A stretch of 64,000 nucleotides of DNA from Candidatus Nomurabacteria bacterium. GTDB lineage: Bacteria > Patescibacteriota > Minisyncoccia > Phycocordibacterales > UBA918. The DNA lies in the NCBI GenBank assembly GCA_020632095.1, contig JACKGF010000001.1, forward strand, positions 930,713 through 994,712, given 5' to 3'. The notes below the pieces were generated by a model. The model saw only the letters and a list, made by a program, of their open reading frames with translations. It ran no database searches and was not told the DNA's origin. The stretch's first letter is position 1; every line of letters starts with the position of its first letter. A program made the position numbers and the translations under genes. Positions 38,606 to 48,522 of the stretch are shown here, piece after piece.

Positions 38606-40252
38606 ATGAATTATAAAAAAATAGTAATGAGCGCCAGTACGATTGCATTCGTGACCGCTCTAGTGATCGGAGGGACCGGAGCTTTCTTTAGTGACACTGA
38701 AACCTCAGAAGCCAACGTGTTTACTGCTGGCTCAATAGATCTGAAGGTGGATAGTACACAACATTATAATAATGCAATTTGTGAAGGTGGAGTGTGGGTT
38801 TTGGTAGGTGAAGAAACTGTGCCCCAATACCCAGTAATAGGTAGTGCTTGTGATGGAACATGGGAAGAAACAGATCTTGGGCCAACAAATCAATTTTTTG
38901 ATTTTGACGATGTAAAGCCGGGTGATCTTGGTGAAAATACTATTTCACTGCACGTTGTAAACAACGATGCTTATGCCTGTGCTGATTTGTCTAACATCAT
39001 AAATATTGATAACGGCTTCAGTGAGCCAGAAGATGAAGTAGATGGTCCGGCTACTCCGGGTGACGATGGTACTCCTGATGGAGATTTGGCTCAAAATCTC
39101 GACTTCCTTGTGTGGTCAGACAATGGAGCTGCGGAAGGTCATGCAGGAAACAACATTTGGGACGCTGACGAGGTTGGTGACGACACTTCTGGTGGAGCTC
39201 CAACAACAAATATGTCATTCCCACTAGCTGTTCCAGGTAACCCACTGCCTGGTGGACAAACTCGATTCTTAGGATTTGCTTGGTGTGCTGGAACCTTTAC
39301 AGCAGGTGGTCCTGGTGTTGCTCCAGTTTGTGACGGTTCAACTATGGGTAATATTGCTCAAACTGACAAATATCAAGCTGATATTACTTTGCGAGTTGAA
39401 CAAGCTCGAAATAATCCAAACTTCACATGTGAAGCTCCACAAGTAGTAGAGCGACAACTAGTTGGATCAGAAGCGTTGGCCTATGTTGCGCCTACTTGTG
39501 ATGTGACTGTAAGTGGAGATGAGTCAATTCAAACTGCGGTAAGTGGTGCAGCAGAGAATAGTACTGTTTGTGTTGATTCTACTTACGACATGAGTGGAGA
39601 TAATGTGGCAATACGTATTGAAACTCTAGGCCTCACACTAGCCGCTGTTACTAAGGGCGTTGATTTAGATGTGCCTGTCGTGCTTAGTAACAGTAATGTA
39701 ACTGTGACTGGGTTTGATGGCGTAATTGGTCAGGCAGAAAGCCCAGCTGAACAAGCGGCCTTTTATCTGGATAATGACGCAGATGGTGCAGAAATTTCTC
39801 ACAACACAGTAACAGGTGGTGTTGGAGCCGCTGTGCTTACAGAGACTGGTGCCGCTAATGGTGGAAGTCTTATCGCTAACAATGTATTTACCGGTGCAGT
39901 TCAAGGTATTTACACTAATCCACACACAGGAATAATTGTAATTGAATATAACGATTTCGTGGATAACGTTGTAGGGGTTGCAGGTTTAATGGGTGCAACA
40001 GTTCGTTACAATGAATTTACTCACACAACTCCTGCTTCAGAGGCTATTGGTATTGATGGCTCATTCGACAGTAATGTTGCTACTATTAACTTCAACAACT
40101 TCTTAAACGGAGTGAAAATAAACGACTATGGAGCTACAGCGGTTATTAATGCAGAGAATAACTTCTTTAGTGTAAGTGGTGCACTACAAACTACTACCCC
40201 GGCAGACTTTGATATCACACCGGAGGAAGTAAGTGTTTTCCCACACAACTAA
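38606..40252 (+). CDS. TasA/camelysin-like surface protein with SipW-cognate signal peptide and beta-helix-like repeats
   Basis: N-terminus GTGAFFSDTETSEANVFTAGSIDLKVD matches the SipW-cognate signal class (AFFSD motif); C-terminal half has NxxxG/T-rich parallel-beta-helix-like repeats. Confidence 0.6.
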   Translation: MNYKKIVMSASTIAFVTALVIGGTGAFFSDTETSEANVFTAGSIDLKVDSTQHYNNAICEGGVWVLVGEETVPQYPVIGSACDGTWEETDLGPTNQFFDFDDVKPGDLGENTISLHVVNNDAYACADLSNIINIDNGFSEPEDEVDGPATPGDDGTPDGDLAQNLDFLVWSDNGAAEGHAGNNIWDADEVGDDTSGGAPTTNMSFPLAVPGNPLPGGQTRFLGFAWCAGTFTAGGPGVAPVCDGSTMGNIAQTDKYQADITLRVEQARNNPNFTCEAPQVVERQLVGSEALAYVAPTCDVTVSGDESIQTAVSGAAENSTVCVDSTYDMSGDNVAIRIETLGLTLAAVTKGVDLDVPVVLSNSNVTVTGFDGVIGQAESPAEQAAFYLDNDADGAEISHNTVTGGVGAAVLTETGAANGGSLIANNVFTGAVQGIYTNPHTGIIVIEYNDFVDNVVGVAGLMGATVRYNEFTHTTPASEAIGIDGSFDSNVATINFNNFLNGVKINDYGATAVINAENNFFSVSGALQTTTPADFDITPEEVSVFPHN

Positions 40253-40376
40253 CATAAGAAATAAGAAAATCTAGCAATCTTATCTAGCCGTTCCACTCAT
40301 CACTTTGGTGGTGAGTGGCGGGCTGGAAGGGAAATCAGCGGCACATTAAAAATTACTTATCATTAAATACTCGCTT

Positions 40377-42035
40377 ATGAAACGCATCATTACAAGTTTA
40401 TTCCTCATCACAGTTGTTACCGGAGCGGTGGTTCTGGGGGGCACAAACGCTTTTTTCTCAGACGTTGAATCTTCAACTGCCAATACTTTTGCGGCTGGAG
40501 CCATAGACCTTAAGGTAGACAACGAAAGTTACTACAACGGTAAAGTAAACGAAGAGACTTCTTGGGATTTGGTTGATTTAACCGTTGAGAAATTTTTCGA
40601 TTTCCTCGACCTTAAGCCTTCTGATTACGGAGAAGACACAATCTCTCTTCATGTTGAGACTAATGATGCCTATCTATGCGCCAATGTGACGCTGACCTCC
40701 AATGAAGAAAATCTAATCAATGAGCCAGAATCACTAGTAGACCAAACCGATGGTCCAGGAGAAGGTGAACTAGCCGGCTTGGTGAATTTTATCTGGTGGG
40801 CGGATGATGGTGATAATGTCTTCGAGAGTGATGAGGTTGTGATTTCTCAAGGTAATTTAGGTGAATTGGGGATTGGTAATACCTATCCAATTACACTAGC
40901 TGATAGTGATGAAAATGTTTGGACTGGAGTGGGTGGTCCAGTTCCTGGTAACGAAACTCTTTATCTTGGTAAGGCGTGGTGCTTTGGAACTATCGGTACT
41001 GATCCGATTGAGCAAGATGGCAAAACAGATGCTATGTCTCCAGCCGGAAATAATAACGGTAACGATGTTGATGGTGAGCCTGAGGATGGTGGAATCACTT
41101 GCGATGGTTCATTACTCGGAAATGAAAGTCAGACAGATACTTTGACGGCTGACGTGACCTTTGAAGCAGTGCAAGCTCGACATAACGATGATTTCCAATG
41201 TACTGCTACTCCACGAACAACTTTGACTTTGGTTAAGCAGTTGCTAAATGGAGACAATGTCGTGACTGATTGGACACTAGAAGCGGCTGGTCCAACTAAT
41301 ATTTCAGGTCTAACTGGGGAGGTAGGAATTACCAACGCCGCTGTTTTAGCTGGTAGCTACAATTTGTCTGAATCTGGTCCTGGAGAATATGAGGCAACAA
41401 ACTGGTCATGTAGTGGTGGTAATCAGATTGACGGAGATACTGTAGAGATTGCTGATGGAGATAACGTGGTTTGCAAGATAAGTAATTACTTGGTGTGTGA
41501 TCCAAAGTTAGCTTATGCTGACGATGTTGTGAGCTCTGATCAAGGGGTAAGGAAAAATGGTACAGGCATTGCGCTAGATAGAACAGATCCGACTAAGGCA
41601 CTCGGTGCACCGCAGAGTTCTGGAGCACCGTATGACAATCCAGTGGTTCCTGGTTCCTTCTTTAGTCTTGGTTTCAATCCAGTTACTACAGCTACTTCTG
41701 GCGGTTCTATAGTGGTTAAGTTTAACGATAGTTACATTGTTGATGGCCCAGGTAATGACTTGCGAGTTTGGGAAATTACTGGCGGTACAGATTATCCGGT
41801 TGAAAAAGTAAAGATTGAGGTGAGTCAAAATGGAATTTCATGGTTTGAAGTAGCATCTAGTCTTGATCGTGATGCCGAAGCCGATCTGTTCGCTTCTGGT
41901 TTGACTTGGGCACGCTATGTCAGGCTGACCGATGTGTCTGACCGAAGTCTATTTGAAGCGACTGCCGATGGCTTTGACCTCGATGCCTTCAGTGCTCTCA
42001 ACTGTGCCGACCGGACCTTCATTCCTAATATCTAG
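40377..42035 (+). CDS. TasA/camelysin-like surface protein paralog 2, C-terminal discoidin-like domain
   Basis: N-terminus GGTNAFFSDVESSTANTFAAGAIDLKVD; C-terminal WARYVRLTDVSD-type jelly-roll features. Confidence 0.6.
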   Translation: MKRIITSLFLITVVTGAVVLGGTNAFFSDVESSTANTFAAGAIDLKVDNESYYNGKVNEETSWDLVDLTVEKFFDFLDLKPSDYGEDTISLHVETNDAYLCANVTLTSNEENLINEPESLVDQTDGPGEGELAGLVNFIWWADDGDNVFESDEVVISQGNLGELGIGNTYPITLADSDENVWTGVGGPVPGNETLYLGKAWCFGTIGTDPIEQDGKTDAMSPAGNNNGNDVDGEPEDGGITCDGSLLGNESQTDTLTADVTFEAVQARHNDDFQCTATPRTTLTLVKQLLNGDNVVTDWTLEAAGPTNISGLTGEVGITNAAVLAGSYNLSESGPGEYEATNWSCSGGNQIDGDTVEIADGDNVVCKISNYLVCDPKLAYADDVVSSDQGVRKNGTGIALDRTDPTKALGAPQSSGAPYDNPVVPGSFFSLGFNPVTTATSGGSIVVKFNDSYIVDGPGNDLRVWEITGGTDYPVEKVKIEVSQNGISWFEVASSLDRDAEADLFASGLTWARYVRLTDVSDRSLFEATADGFDLDAFSALNCADRTFIPNI

Positions 42036-42070
42036 TTTCTAACGTAACGCAGTAATCAATCAAAAGCAAA

Positions 42071-43051
42071 ATGACTAGCCACTACCTCACAACATTAATA
42101 AAAATCAGTTTGATTATCGGAACAGTCGTTCTGCTGGGATTATTGATGCTGGGGAAAGAGGCGGTTGGTCAGACTTTTGCAACTGGGTCTGGGACTGGAG
42201 GATTGGAATTAAAGATAGATAGTACAACTTATTACAACGGTGTAATACAACCACAATTATCTTGGTCTCTTAAGAATCTAAAACCATGGCATGATAAATT
42301 CTTTAGTTTCGATGATGTTAAACCGGGTGATTTTGGCTCTAGTTCTATTAGTATTCACATTAAGAAAAATCCGGCTTACGTTTGTTTAGATTTTCAGAAT
42401 TTAAAAGATAAAGAAAATGGTCGCAACGAACCGGAAAGAGAAGTTGATGGTAATGGTAAAGGAGAACTATCTTCCGAAATTGAATTCTTCGCGTGGCGGG
42501 ATGACGGTGATAATTTGTTTGAAGTCGGAGAGGAGGCACTATTTGGTACTTCCACTCAGTCAGCTAAGCAGGTGTTGAAAGGGAAGACTTACCCTCTAGC
42601 AGATAGCAAGAATGGTTCTCCTTATTTATCAAATAAAACCAAATACATTGGAATCAATTGGTGTGCTGGAGATTTGGCGGTCGACTTGTCGACCGCCAAG
42701 ATCACCTGCGATGGTGAAACAATGGGTAACGAAGCTCAGACCGACTCCATGACATTTGATGTTTCCTTGCGAGCCGTGGTGGCCAAACAACAACCTTGGT
42801 TTACTTGTGTGCAAGGGGAAAAACCTCATGGTGATCATCATGATGATGACGAGGATGAAGATGATGATCATGAATCAGAACATGACGACGACGAAGATCA
42901 TGGTGGTGGTTCTGGTCATGGTGATCAAGACGACAATCATAATGACGATGATGACCATAGTTCTTGGCACTGGGCAAAAAAGACTCGATGGGAATCAGTC
43001 AAAAATTATTGTGTGGGAGCATGGAATAACGTACGTAATAGACATTCATGA
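42071..43051 (+). CDS. TasA-like paralog 3 with His/Asp-rich C-terminal tail
   Basis: ELKIDSTTYYNG, FSFDDVKPGDFG and ITCDGETMGNEAQTD align with paralogs 1 and 2; C-terminal DHHDDDEDEDDDHESEHDDDEDHGGGSGHGDQDDNHNDDDDH. Confidence 0.45.
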   Translation: MTSHYLTTLIKISLIIGTVVLLGLLMLGKEAVGQTFATGSGTGGLELKIDSTTYYNGVIQPQLSWSLKNLKPWHDKFFSFDDVKPGDFGSSSISIHIKKNPAYVCLDFQNLKDKENGRNEPEREVDGNGKGELSSEIEFFAWRDDGDNLFEVGEEALFGTSTQSAKQVLKGKTYPLADSKNGSPYLSNKTKYIGINWCAGDLAVDLSTAKITCDGETMGNEAQTDSMTFDVSLRAVVAKQQPWFTCVQGEKPHGDHHDDDEDEDDDHESEHDDDEDHGGGSGHGDQDDNHNDDDDHSSWHWAKKTRWESVKNYCVGAWNNVRNRHS

Positions 43052-44649
43052 AAATAATCATCACCATTTTTAACGTTGTAGTTTGTGTACTGATGCTAGC
43101 AGTAGCTTTACTCTTTGTAACACCGCTATTACCACTAGAAAATAATATTGAGTTACGGATTGTTCAGTCAGGTTCGATGGAGCCGTCGATAATGACGGGA
43201 GCGGTGGTTTTGGTGGTTCCTCATGAAAATTATAAAGTAGGGGATGTTATTACCTTCGGAGGAAGTGCGGCTAAGGTGCCGACTACACACCGTATTGTAG
43301 AGATTTATGAAGAGGGTGGTCAGAGCTGGTTTGTTACTAAGGGTGATGCCAACGAAGAAGCTGATACCGCTGTTACCCCAAGCAAAGACATCATCGGTTC
43401 AGTTTTTGTAGATGTTCCTTACGCTGGCTATGTGCTCGATTTTTCTAGGCAGCCACTCGGTTTCTTTTTCTTGATTGTTTTACCAGCCTTGCTAATCGTA
43501 TTTAGCGAAATTGAAAAAATTTGGTCAGAAATAAGAAACAAAAAGTCAGAAGCAAAAGATGTTGATGATAGAGATAAGACCGAGGATGTCCCTCATAGCG
43601 GTCCAGAGGAAATAACTACATACCCAGTCCGGGGTCAAAGAATGATGGATATTGGCAATCCAGTGCGCTATTCGTATTCTGGTTTTAGTGAGAGTGAGTC
43701 ACAGAAAATGTCTACTCTAAAATTTTCACCTGCTATTCCCAGCGCGAAAAGTTCGAAGTTTAGTTTAAATTGGAAAAGTTTTGGGGTTGGGGTTTTGATC
43801 TTGGGTACTGTCATCGGAATAAATTTTGTTCCGTTAACTATGTCTTACTCAAATGACTCTGAAGACTCTACAGGTAACACTTTAACAGCAGTTTCTCTAG
43901 ATTTTAAAACTTTACCAGACGGCCAAATTTATAGTTTTATCAATGGCGAATTGTCTGGTGATGATGATGGGGCTTTGGTAACAGTGGTGGCACCAGAAGC
44001 GGGGAGTGTACCAGTGCGATACAATATTGCGGTAGAGGTGACAGGCGGTAGTCAAGCTTTTTGTGATGCGATACAGGCGGTAGCTGATGAACCATTTATT
44101 TATACTGGGTCTTTGACAGCACTCGTGGCCGATGGGGTTTACTTTGACTGGCCGTGGTCACTCAACCTGTCTTTGCCAAATTCTGATGGTTTGAATTTTA
44201 GTGATACTTGTCAGGTTGATATTGTTTATACTGCTTGGCATTACGATGAAGAGACGGACCAAGGTTATTTTGATGAAGAAAAAGTCCCGCTGTCGTTTAC
44301 TTTGTTAGCAGAAATTGTTCCGGTTGCCAGCTTCGAATTGCAGTCTTTCTCAGTCCCTCTAGAAGAAGAAACACCAGAATCTGATAAACCAGAACCAGAA
44401 CCGGTGATAGAGCCAGGATTAGAAACTGAATTAGAAAAAGTAGTTGAAGCAGAAGACAAGAAAGAAATAACTGAGCCCACCGCTAAAGCAGAGACAGAAG
44501 TAGAGGTTGTGATAGAAGAAGTGGTAGACGATAATTCTGATCCAGTAGTAGAGAATCCACCAGAAGAAACTGAACAACCAGAAATTACTGAAGAGACCAA
44601 AAAAGAAGAGGTGGTCGAGATAGTAAAAGAAGTTACGATAGAAGACTAG
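43048..44649 (+). CDS. SipW-like (archaeal/ER-type) signal peptidase I with long acidic Glu/Pro-rich C-terminal extension
   Basis: VQSGSMEPSIMTGAVV...THRIVEI: catalytic Ser-His motifs of S26B peptidases; followed by about 350 aa with a TM segment and an EPEPE/ETE low-complexity tail. Confidence 0.65.
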   Translation: MKIIITIFNVVVCVLMLAVALLFVTPLLPLENNIELRIVQSGSMEPSIMTGAVVLVVPHENYKVGDVITFGGSAAKVPTTHRIVEIYEEGGQSWFVTKGDANEEADTAVTPSKDIIGSVFVDVPYAGYVLDFSRQPLGFFFLIVLPALLIVFSEIEKIWSEIRNKKSEAKDVDDRDKTEDVPHSGPEEITTYPVRGQRMMDIGNPVRYSYSGFSESESQKMSTLKFSPAIPSAKSSKFSLNWKSFGVGVLILGTVIGINFVPLTMSYSNDSEDSTGNTLTAVSLDFKTLPDGQIYSFINGELSGDDDGALVTVVAPEAGSVPVRYNIAVEVTGGSQAFCDAIQAVADEPFIYTGSLTALVADGVYFDWPWSLNLSLPNSDGLNFSDTCQVDIVYTAWHYDEETDQGYFDEEKVPLSFTLLAEIVPVASFELQSFSVPLEEETPESDKPEPEPVIEPGLETELEKVVEAEDKKEITEPTAKAETEVEVVIEEVVDDNSDPVVENPPEETEQPEITEETKKEEVVEIVKEVTIED

Positions 44650-44840
44650 GTGGTAGAAGTTGAGCAACCTGTTGAGACTAGTGAAACTGAATAGGGAATC
44701 TACAAATGAAAACGTCCCATCAATTGACAGGACGCTCGACCATTAGGTCTATTAATCTATAATACCCAGAAATTTCCTGTCTTTTTTTGACAATTTTTCT
44801 ATATCTTCCTTCGTCATGCCAGTTACATACGAGTGGTAGC

Positions 44841-45098
44841 CTATGCTAACTGCGTCACAACACACTCTGACAGCTTCGGTAAGGTTTTGGCAAGGAGTAT
44901 CAAAAAAGCACGCCTCCCAGTCGAATCCATGAACACAGTAAGGACTGTCAGGTTTATCGCAGGCACAATTTTTATTGGCAATAAATATGTCTTCGTTCTG
45001 CGTGTTTTTTTATTCACTCTCTGACACAGCGGAATCTTTTGCTCTGCGGTTACTGTACCGCAGACGGTACATACTGCTTCGTGAACATCTTTATCCAC
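44841..45098 (-). CDS. hypothetical small protein (CxxC start)
   Basis: 85 aa; GAGGTGGA RBS 7 nt upstream; weak call. Confidence 0.2.
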   Translation of the reverse strand: MDKDVHEAVCTVCGTVTAEQKIPLCQRVNKKTRRTKTYLLPIKIVPAINLTVLTVFMDSTGRRAFLILLAKTLPKLSECVVTQLA

Positions 45099-45326
45099 CT
45101 CGGTTTCCTTTTAAAGGTTGGTTGGTTCGATTAACAAAAAACCCTTCTGTTCAAATAATACACTAGATATTAAAGTTAATGTTTGTGGGGTGGTAATAGA
45201 CAATACTTTCGTAAGCACCTAGTTTTTATTTATAGGCTTTAAATAACCTTTGACTTTGGGCTAATTGTAAGTATTATCACTAATCTAATAGATTACTTTT
45301 AACATTATTCTGTCTACAGCCACGAC

Positions 45327-46073
45327 ATGAAAACATCTAGTATTATTCTCGCCGCCGGTAAGGGGACACGAATGTTGTCGGAAACTCCTAAGGTTCTACA
45401 TGAATACGAAGGTCGTCCTTTTGTATGTTCAATCTGTGACAAGGCAATAAGTTGTTCTGACGAAACTGTGGTGGTGGTCGGCTATAGAGGGGAGGATGTA
45501 ATAAAGGTATTACCTGAAGGGGTAAAGGTTGCTTGGCAGAAAGAACAGCTTGGTACCGGCGACGCAGTGCGTACTGCCTTGGTCGAGGTTTCGCCAGACA
45601 CCGATACGGTATTGGTGATGCCGGCTGATCATCCGCATATAACAGCTGAAACTTTAGCTGAACTTTTTACTAAACATCATTCGCATGATTTCCCGGTTAC
45701 TTTCGCTACTGTGAGTTTTTCAGATTATGGTGAATGGCGTAGTGCTTTTGTGAGACACGGACGAGTGATACGAAACGAGCACGGGGTAGTGGAAAAAATT
45801 ATTGAGTACAAAGATGCAGATGAAGAGGAGCGAGCTATAACAGAAGTCAACGTTGGAGTATACGCTTTTGATACTAGTTGGCTACGTCAACATATTGGTG
45901 AACTGAATAATAATAACAACGCTCAGGAAATATATATAACAGACTTGGTAGCGGTAGCGGTTGCTACCGCTGGTGGAGCCTTTGCTTCACCACTTGGTGA
46001 TATTAGACAAGGTCTCGGAGTTAATTCGCTTGAAGATTTGTCGGTGCTACAAGGTCTACATCTGGAAACGTAA
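45327..46073 (+). CDS. sugar-phosphate nucleotidyltransferase (GlmU N-terminal-like)
   Basis: ILAAGKGTRM, LGTGDAV motifs of NTP-transferase domain; 248 aa. Confidence 0.65.
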   Translation: MKTSSIILAAGKGTRMLSETPKVLHEYEGRPFVCSICDKAISCSDETVVVVGYRGEDVIKVLPEGVKVAWQKEQLGTGDAVRTALVEVSPDTDTVLVMPADHPHITAETLAELFTKHHSHDFPVTFATVSFSDYGEWRSAFVRHGRVIRNEHGVVEKIIEYKDADEEERAITEVNVGVYAFDTSWLRQHIGELNNNNNAQEIYITDLVAVAVATAGGAFASPLGDIRQGLGVNSLEDLSVLQGLHLET

Positions 46074-46111
46074 GCGGGGTAGTTTTGATTGGGGTAAATG
46101 TAGATAAAAAC

Positions 46112-46144
46112 AAACCGCCCGTGTTGCTTGGGCGGTTTTGCTCT
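46112..46144 (+). terminator. rho-independent terminator
   Basis: aaccgcccgtgttgcttgggcggtt hairpin plus T-run. Confidence 0.55.
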
Positions 46145-46513
46145 TTAGAGCGGTAGCGAGATTGTATAAAAGCTTATGGTCAAGGCTATTGCCTCCATCT
46201 CCACCCAGCTTATTTCAGAGGTTGCCACCCTCAGTACTCCTGGCGGAACCTCTTCCTCGCATTTAGTTTCGGTAACCAGAATAACTAGGTTGCCCGGAAA
46301 ACTTTTTGCCAGACCGCGCGCCGTCTTTGCATCGCCCACAAACATGATGCTGTTGGGTAATGCGTCATCTTCAACGAACGGTAGGGTGTTCATACCGAGT
46401 CTCTCAATAAGGCTTCGGATTCGAGTATCCGAAGCCTTCATTTCTTTGGGGCATCCCTCAACATGATTGTTGCTGGGAAAAATCGAAAAGTAAATGGGAG
46501 ATTGTGCTGACAT
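46145..46513 (-). CDS. hypothetical protein
   Basis: 122 aa minus-strand ORF with AAGGAG RBS 6 nt upstream; preferred over antisense plus ORF 46176-46466. Confidence 0.4.
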   Translation of the reverse strand: MSAQSPIYFSIFPSNNHVEGCPKEMKASDTRIRSLIERLGMNTLPFVEDDALPNSIMFVGDAKTARGLAKSFPGNLVILVTETKCEEEVPPGVLRVATSEISWVEMEAIALTISFYTISLPL

Positions 46514-46697
46514 GACCTACTCCTTGAGTGGGGTTTAAAGGACTACATTTTAAATAGTATACATAATTTTCAACAAAAGTCAAGGACTACGTCTTGAGCA
46601 AGATTTACCTAATTTAAATCAATAATGTTTATTAGATATAATTTTAGCGTGTTTTGTAAAGTATAATAAATGTACTTATAAATTAACTATTACTCAT

Positions 46698-48521
46698 ATG
46701 GAGCTCTTGTTCATTGTTGTTATTATCTTAATAGTTTATACCTTTTCGGTGAGTGGAAAAGTTAATAAGCTTGAGGATAGGATTAATAGGCTTGAGTCAA
46801 GAGGGGTGGGAATGGATGTTTTGCAGACACCACAAACTTCAGTGCATCAAGGTGTGGATGAAGGTCAGTTGGCTCCAGTTCCGCAAGCTTCAGATAGAGG
46901 TTCTGCTTACGAATATACTCCAAATGGTCTCTCATACGCCAGGGTCGAGCGTTCATTTAGTGAACATAATCCATTTTCAGAAAGAAAACCAAATGCTTTT
47001 TGGGAGTGGTTAAAAGAGGATTCATTTGTGAAGTTAGGGGCTTTTCTACTGTTGATTGCAATTGGTTGGTTTGTTAGTTATGCCTTTATGAATAACTGGA
47101 TTGGTCCAGCAGGAAGAATATTCATGGGCTTGTCACTGGGAGTGGTTCTGCTTGTAATGGGAGTCTGGCGTATTCAAACTCATGGTCATCAAGGAGGAAT
47201 CTTTACCGCTGTCGGTGCTACTACAATTATGATGACGTTGTTTGCCGCTCGTGAGTTATATGATTTTTTCACTCCGGTGTCGGCCTTGTTTGTGATGTTT
47301 ATGACGGTTGTGTTTGTGGCTTTTGTAAGTGTGCGATACCAACGTCAAGCGCTAGCTTTGGCTGGATTAGTTTTGGCTAGTATTGCGCCGTTATTTACTA
47401 GTGTTCAACAATTGGAAATCAGTGTTTTGTTCACTTATCTACTTGTAGTTATCCTCGGTTCATTATGGGTTGTAGCAGTTACTGGTTGGAGTCGTTTGAT
47501 ACCGGTTTCTCTATTTATCTCATTTATGTACAGCTTGCCGTCTTTCGCCGGACAATTAAGTGAAGGAGATAGAGATGTAGCGGTTATTTTCTCATTTATT
47601 TTTGTGAGTATATTCTTTATTGCAAATATCATCAGTATCTTACGTCGTGTAGATACCGAACATATGCACAATCACTCCACCACTGCACTCGGTTCCGCAA
47701 TATTCTTATTTATTTGGATTCAAACGGCGGTTTCAAATGAGTTACAAAGTTTGTTGTATGTCGCCTGGGCCTTAGTGTTTTCTGTTGGTACCTACTTAGT
47801 ACATTATTACAGCTATAATCGCACAGCTTTCTTCCTTTACGGCGGAACAAGTGTAGCGTTGTTAGCGGCGGCTACCGCCGCAGAGCTTAGTGGTCCAGCG
47901 CTAACGATTGCATTTTTGTTTGAAATATCAGCGATTGTTATTGCGTCAGCTGCACTGCATGCCGAAAGAAGTTTGGTCACTAGGCTTTGTTGGTTATACG
48001 TGGTGCCAGTTGCGATGTCACTTGAAAGTGCTGGTTCATCAAAATGGTTTAGTGGTATCTGGCATTGGGACTTCTTCGTTGTGACACTTACTATAATTAC
48101 TTTATTGTTGGTAGGAGTATTGATACACACTGAAGTAAACAAATCTGAAGATGAACCACAAAATAAGACGGGCAAGTACATGATTGTAATTGGATTGGTA
48201 TACCTTACTGTATGGGTTTGGTTGGTGTTACACGCTTTGTTTAATGATGAGTCTGGAACTACTCTGTCTTTGATCGCTTACACTATTGCTGGTATTTCTC
48301 TCTACGTACAAGGTAAGCGAGAAGATAATAAGACTTATCTAATTGGAGGCCGGTGTCTAATTGCTTTTGTAGTATTTTGGTTATTTATTAATGTTATGAG
48401 TATGGATATTGTAGGGCGAATTATTACCTTCTGTATTGTTGGGGTCTTATTGATGTCTACCGCTTTTATCAGAAAGAATAACAAGAATGAAATTGAAAGT
48501 GTTAATAATCAAGAATCATAA
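46698..48521 (+). CDS. large polytopic membrane protein (about 14 TM), hypothetical
   Basis: 607 aa; N-terminal coiled-coil then many hydrophobic helices. Confidence 0.5.
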   Translation: MELLFIVVIILIVYTFSVSGKVNKLEDRINRLESRGVGMDVLQTPQTSVHQGVDEGQLAPVPQASDRGSAYEYTPNGLSYARVERSFSEHNPFSERKPNAFWEWLKEDSFVKLGAFLLLIAIGWFVSYAFMNNWIGPAGRIFMGLSLGVVLLVMGVWRIQTHGHQGGIFTAVGATTIMMTLFAARELYDFFTPVSALFVMFMTVVFVAFVSVRYQRQALALAGLVLASIAPLFTSVQQLEISVLFTYLLVVILGSLWVVAVTGWSRLIPVSLFISFMYSLPSFAGQLSEGDRDVAVIFSFIFVSIFFIANIISILRRVDTEHMHNHSTTALGSAIFLFIWIQTAVSNELQSLLYVAWALVFSVGTYLVHYYSYNRTAFFLYGGTSVALLAAATAAELSGPALTIAFLFEISAIVIASAALHAERSLVTRLCWLYVVPVAMSLESAGSSKWFSGIWHWDFFVVTLTIITLLLVGVLIHTEVNKSEDEPQNKTGKYMIVIGLVYLTVWVWLVLHALFNDESGTTLSLIAYTIAGISLYVQGKREDNKTYLIGGRCLIAFVVFWLFINVMSMDIVGRIITFCIVGVLLMSTAFIRKNNKNEIESVNNQES

Positions 48522-48522
48522 T

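Noticed and set aside
42629-43073. ORFs MIIIFILVIIMM... (minus) and MMFPCEPWW... (plus) inside the His/Asp-rich tail region
   Set aside because: Frame artefacts of the GAT/GAC/CAT repetitive coding sequence of the TasA-like paralog 3 tail
44265-44667. Minus-strand ORFs of 111 and 78 aa inside the signal peptidase C-terminal extension
   Set aside because: Artefacts of the GAA/GAG-rich repeat region; Ser/Phe-rich nonsense composition
46176-46466. 96-aa plus-strand ORF
   Set aside because: Antisense to a minus-strand ORF that has an AAGGAG RBS; composition looks like a shadow frame
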